A stretch of 61,867 nucleotides of DNA, filler included, from Fonticula-like sp. SCN 57-25 (lineage: Eukaryota), in assembly GCA_001724245.1 (NCBI GenBank). It is 11 parts of 11 records of this genome, joined end to end, with 100 filler letters (N's around TTAATTAATTAA, not from the genome) between each part and the next. Parts side by side here need not be neighbours in the genome. Positions count along the whole stretch, not along the records: positions 56,351 to 61,867 come from MEDX01000561.1; 10 more parts are not named here. One strand, written 5' to 3'. The translations under genes and the position numbers were made by a program. Position 1 is the stretch's first letter; every line of letters begins with the position of its first letter. A model generated the notes under the pieces. It ran no database searches. It was not told where the DNA came from and saw nothing but the letters and a program-made list of their open reading frames with translations. Positions 60,608 through 61,867 of the stretch are shown here, in pieces.

Positions 60608-61829
60608 ATGCTGACACGCACGCTAATAACTGGCCCAACTGGGGCAACTCTTTTCGTCGCTATTTGTCGTTTTCCCAACTGTCGTCGCGACGAGCTTCTG
60701 CTGCAAGTTGTCAGAGGCCAGTAGACGCGACATCAATCTGTTGCGCTCAGCATCACGTCCCTTGAACCTGCGCTTTCACTTGCGGTCGGGCGACCGTCGG
60801 CGACACTCGACAGACCTCGTGTTGTTATTTTCGTAGGCGAGTAGTCGCCCCTCCATTGATTGCCGCCTATTTCAGCAATTGCTGCGAGTTCTTTCAACGT
60901 TGACGTTAGCGATCTCTTTTCGTCAGTTAGTGGCGAGGTCAGGAGATTGCTCACCTCCATCGGGGGTTCGAGCCATGACACACTGCGCAATTTGAACGGC
61001 AAATCAGTGATTCTGATCGGCGAGTCTGGCGCCGGCAAGACCTCTTTTATTGAACTTTTTCTTAACTATGTGGAGTTTGCGTTTGACTACACTAAATATC
61101 GAACCAGGATCGACATTGATGTGGAGAAAAACAGATGCACGACTGTCGCGGCGTCGGATGATGTCACAAGCCAGGAGTCGGCAACTATGCGGCCGAACAT
61201 TTATACCGTGAAGATCCCATCCGGCGGCTCTTTCCAAGTCATTGACACTCCTGGCCTCAATGACTCGGCTGGCGGACTACGCGACGAAGAGCATCTCGAT
61301 AGTATCTATCGCTGTCTCAAATCCGTCGTGAATGACACCGAAGTAACATGCGCGTTGTTCTTTTACGAAGCCAAGAATGCTCGTAACCTCTATGTTCGTG
61401 ACTACGTTTATGAGTCGTTCAAGAACTTCTTTGCTTCATCCGATTCGCTGTACTTTATCGGAACCAAGATGACCGTCAGGACCCTGCGGGCGAACTCGGA
61501 TGCTTGCATTTTTCCAGTACAATCGAGTTTCTACTTTGACAACCCTTATGTGGCATACGTTTCGCTACAGAACCTCCGCATAATGATTTGTGACAAGCCT
61601 AACGTGGAGGACCCTGAAGAGGACGCACTAATGTTATCGCAATTACAAGTATCCCTCACGCTCGGTGAACGCAGCGCGAAACAAACGATATTACTGATGC
61701 TCAGCTCATCGCGGAAGATTGTCAATTTATCCGAAATGGTGAACAACTACGAATTCTATATGAAGATGCGGACTAAAGTCCGTGAGTTCATCAAGCTGTC
61801 GGACATGAACTTGGTTTTGCTGGATATGC
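60608..61829 (+). CDS. AIG1/septin-like P-loop GTPase with no stop codon; runs into the telomere (not in ORF track)
   Basis: The frame from 60876 is stop-free: SVILIGESGAGKTSF (G1), ESAT (G2), VIDTPGLNDSAG (G3), IGTK (G4), FYFDN. Upstream exons 60608-60720 and 60751-60836 are inferred. Confidence 0.85.
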
Positions 61830-61867
61830 TTAGGGTTAGGGTTAGGGTTAGGGTTAGGGTTAGGGTT
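61830..61867 (+). repeat. Telomeric repeat (TTAGGG)6+TT
   Basis: Perfect hexamer repeats at the contig end, G-rich strand pointing outward. Confidence 0.93.

Noticed and set aside
1-61867. tRNA/rRNA genes, transposons, introner families
   Set aside because: No cloverleaf, rRNA-like segment, transposase/RT ORF, terminal repeats or mutually similar introns were seen by eye; small ncRNAs cannot be excluded without a covariance search.

Overview
This is not one locus. It is 11 unrelated ~5.5 kb contigs joined by 100-nt spacers (N-run + TTAATTAATTAA + N-run), so adjacency across spacers means nothing. The DNA is from a gene-dense, mostly GC-rich microbial eukaryote with the standard code. It has many tiny GT-AG introns (donors mostly GTACG/GTGCG) and TTAGGG telomeres. 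Gene content (short-tailed myosin I, class I PITP, LRWD1-like, tubby, RFX, SETD3-like, alongside a Pho81/NUC-2-like protein) suggests an early-branching opisthokont; this is inference. About 35 genes or gene fragments are recognisable. Highlights: (1) a P-loop GTPase ORF, missed by the ORF track, that runs with no stop codon straight into telomeric repeats; (2) recurring islands of 10-11 bp-phased A/T tracts, often filling ~150-190 nt introns, with G-rich sequence on the left and C-rich sequence on the right regardless of gene strand; (3) two large surface proteins, one with ~21 HRM/sushi-like repeats + FN3 + TM and one with furin-like repeats + an XK-like multi-TM module; (4) stand-alone AltMIEF1-like and LRR-less LRWD1-like genes; (5) CArG and E2F/CHR-like promoter motifs. 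All gene models and family calls were made by eye; no searches were run.
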